A stretch of DNA of 24,809 bases, from positions 1 through 24,809 of the forward strand of contig CAYHRV010000017.1 in the NCBI GenBank assembly GCA_964359165.1, given 5' to 3'. How positions within the stretch are numbered: position 1 is the first letter of the stretch; each line of letters starts with the position of its first letter. The position numbers and the translations under genes are program-made. The notes below the pieces were generated by a model, which was not told the DNA's origin, did no database searches, and worked only from the letters and a program-made list of their open reading frames with translations. Source of the DNA: an uncultured Elusimicrobia bacterium. GTDB taxonomy: Bacteria; Elusimicrobiota; Elusimicrobia; UBA1565. This document shows positions 23,608 to 24,809 of the stretch, one piece after another.

Positions 23608-24638
23608 TTCAGACCTCCCAAAAGCTCCAGGAGCACGGCCTTGGCCGTATGCAGCCTGTTCTCCGCTTCGTCGAGGACCACCGACCCGGGGCCGTCCAAG
23701 ACCGCGTCGTCGATTTCGAGGTTGCGGCGCACGGGCAGGCAGTGCATGAGCAGGGCACCCTCGGTGCGGCGCATCTTCTCGGCGCTCACGCGCCAGCGGG
23801 CGCGGAAGGCGGCGTCTTGGGGAGGAAGCGTGCCGTAGCTCGAGAGCGCTCCCCAGGATTTGGCGTAGACCACATGGGCTCCCTCGTAGGCCTTTTCCGG
23901 ATCGTCGGTGACCTGGACCTTCGTGCCGCGCCGGGCGCTCTCCTCGTTGAGCCAGGCCATGACTTCCCCGTCGAGGTCATAGCCCTCGGGCCGGCAGAGG
24001 ACCAGGTCCATGCCGCCGAGCACCGCGGCTTGCGCCGCGGAATGCGGGACGGCCGAGGGCAGATGCTTGATATGCGGGGCCCAGGTCAGCAGGAATTTCT
24101 TGCGGCGGGGATCCATGCGCTCCTGGATGGTCATGAGGTCGGCCAATCCCTGGCAGGGATGGCCCAGCGAGGATTCCATGTTGATGACCGGCACCGTGGA
24201 GTAGCGCAGGAAAGGCGATAGCTGGGGCTCCTTTCTATCCTCCTCCCAGGTCTTCCCCGAGGGGAAGGCGCGCAGGGCCACCGCGTCGCAATAGCGACCG
24301 AGCACCGGGACCGCGTCCTTGAGATGCTCGGTGGCGGAGCCGTCCATGACCGCGCCGTCGCGGCTCTCCATGTTCCAAGTCCCCTGGCCGAAGAACAGCG
24401 TCACCGGATGGGCCCCCAGCGAGGCGGCCGCGACCTCGAAGGAGACCTGGGTGCGCAGGGAGGGGTTCATGAAGCAGAAGGCGAGGGACTTTCCCCGGAG
24501 CGGGAGGTCCTTGGGCGGCGCGGCCTTGAGTTTTCGGGCGAGGGCGACGAGCTTCTCCACGCCTTCCCGGCCCCAGTCCCGCAGATCGGCGAAATGCCGG
24601 AGTCCGGTCGATTTTCCAGAAATTACCGAGGTGGTCAT
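23604..24638 (-). CDS. Ornithine/acetylornithine carbamoyltransferase-family enzyme with atypical motifs (possible N-acyl-ornithine transcarbamylase, ArgF'-like)
   Basis: 344 aa from the ATG at 24638 (AGGAG RBS). HPCQ and HCLP motifs are present. The carbamoyl-phosphate motif reads SLRTQ instead of STRTR, and no DxxxSMG motif was found. It is co-operonic with an M20 deacetylase. Confidence 0.7.
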   Translation of the reverse strand: MTTSVISGKSTGLRHFADLRDWGREGVEKLVALARKLKAAPPKDLPLRGKSLAFCFMNPSLRTQVSFEVAAASLGAHPVTLFFGQGTWNMESRDGAVMDGSATEHLKDAVPVLGRYCDAVALRAFPSGKTWEEDRKEPQLSPFLRYSTVPVINMESSLGHPCQGLADLMTIQERMDPRRKKFLLTWAPHIKHLPSAVPHSAAQAAVLGGMDLVLCRPEGYDLDGEVMAWLNEESARRGTKVQVTDDPEKAYEGAHVVYAKSWGALSSYGTLPPQDAAFRARWRVSAEKMRRTEGALLMHCLPVRRNLEIDDAVLDGPGSVVLDEAENRLHTAKAVLLELLGGLK

Positions 24639-24703
24639 GATTTTTCTCCTAGAATCTCCAAGATCAAGCAACTGCGGGACTTAGCCCCCTCAGAACGCAC
24701 TCG

Positions 24704-24720
24704 CCTCCCCGCGGGGGAGG
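24704..24720 (-). promoter_or_regulatory. GC hairpin CCTCCCC-GCG-GGGGAGG between an upstream partial gene and the transcarbamylase gene
   Basis: Perfect 7-bp stem, 3-nt loop, same core as the other three hairpins. It lies 12 nt downstream of the upstream stop. Confidence 0.4.
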
Positions 24721-24731
24721 TAAGTGGGCGT

Positions 24732-24809
24732 TCATGGATATATCCCCGGGGCTTTGAGGCCCTCCGTCTCATCGAACCCCAGCATGAGGTTCATGTTCTG
24801 CACCGCCTG
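24732..24809 (-). CDS. 3' end of an unidentified gene (C-terminus ...QAVQNMNLMLGFDETEGLKAPGIYP)
   Basis: Open frame running in from the window edge to the TGA at 24734..24732, co-directional with the arg cluster. Too short to identify. Confidence 0.25.
   Translation of the reverse strand, partial: QAVQNMNLMLGFDETEGLKAPGIYP

Overview
High-GC (~65-70%) bacterial chromosomal window, coded almost entirely on the minus strand. Three blocks are visible. (A) A long co-directional redox gene array running from ~13.8 kb down to ~0.3 kb. In order it encodes: a Cyc2-like fused monoheme-cytochrome/outer-membrane beta-barrel; two monoheme c-type cytochromes; an SPFH/band-7 protein; a membrane-anchored multiheme cytochrome c; a Tat-exported molybdopterin-family large subunit; a Tat-exported 4Fe-4S subunit; an NrfD-type membrane subunit (together a Psr/Qrc/ACIII-like module); and a cytoplasmic flavin/FeS module (NuoE-like, a small Cys-rich protein, bifurcating-type NuoF-like, a NuoG-N-terminal-like 2Fe-2S/4Fe-4S protein, and a GltB-domain-2-like FMN/FeS protein). 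A sigma-54 (-24/-12) type promoter lies upstream of the first gene. Immediately upstream is a sigma-54-dependent response regulator plus sensor kinase pair that has a similar -24/-12 promoter of its own. (B) A plus-strand trio of RNA-related genes (tlyA, an EVE-domain gene, thpR) and a convergent hemolysin-III family gene. (C) An arginine biosynthesis cluster on the minus strand (transcarbamylase-like, argB, M20 deacetylase, argH) with overlapping stop/start codons. Several GC-clamped C-run/GCG/G-run hairpins sit next to start codons, and a ~600 bp non-coding region contains nested palindromes. Most long plus-strand ORFs in the track are antisense artefacts of the high GC content. The most interesting candidate is the sigma-54-controlled Cyc2 / cytochrome / molybdopterin-FeS-NrfD / NuoEF / GltB array, which may form an extracellular-electron-transfer to NAD(P)H pathway not described as a unit.
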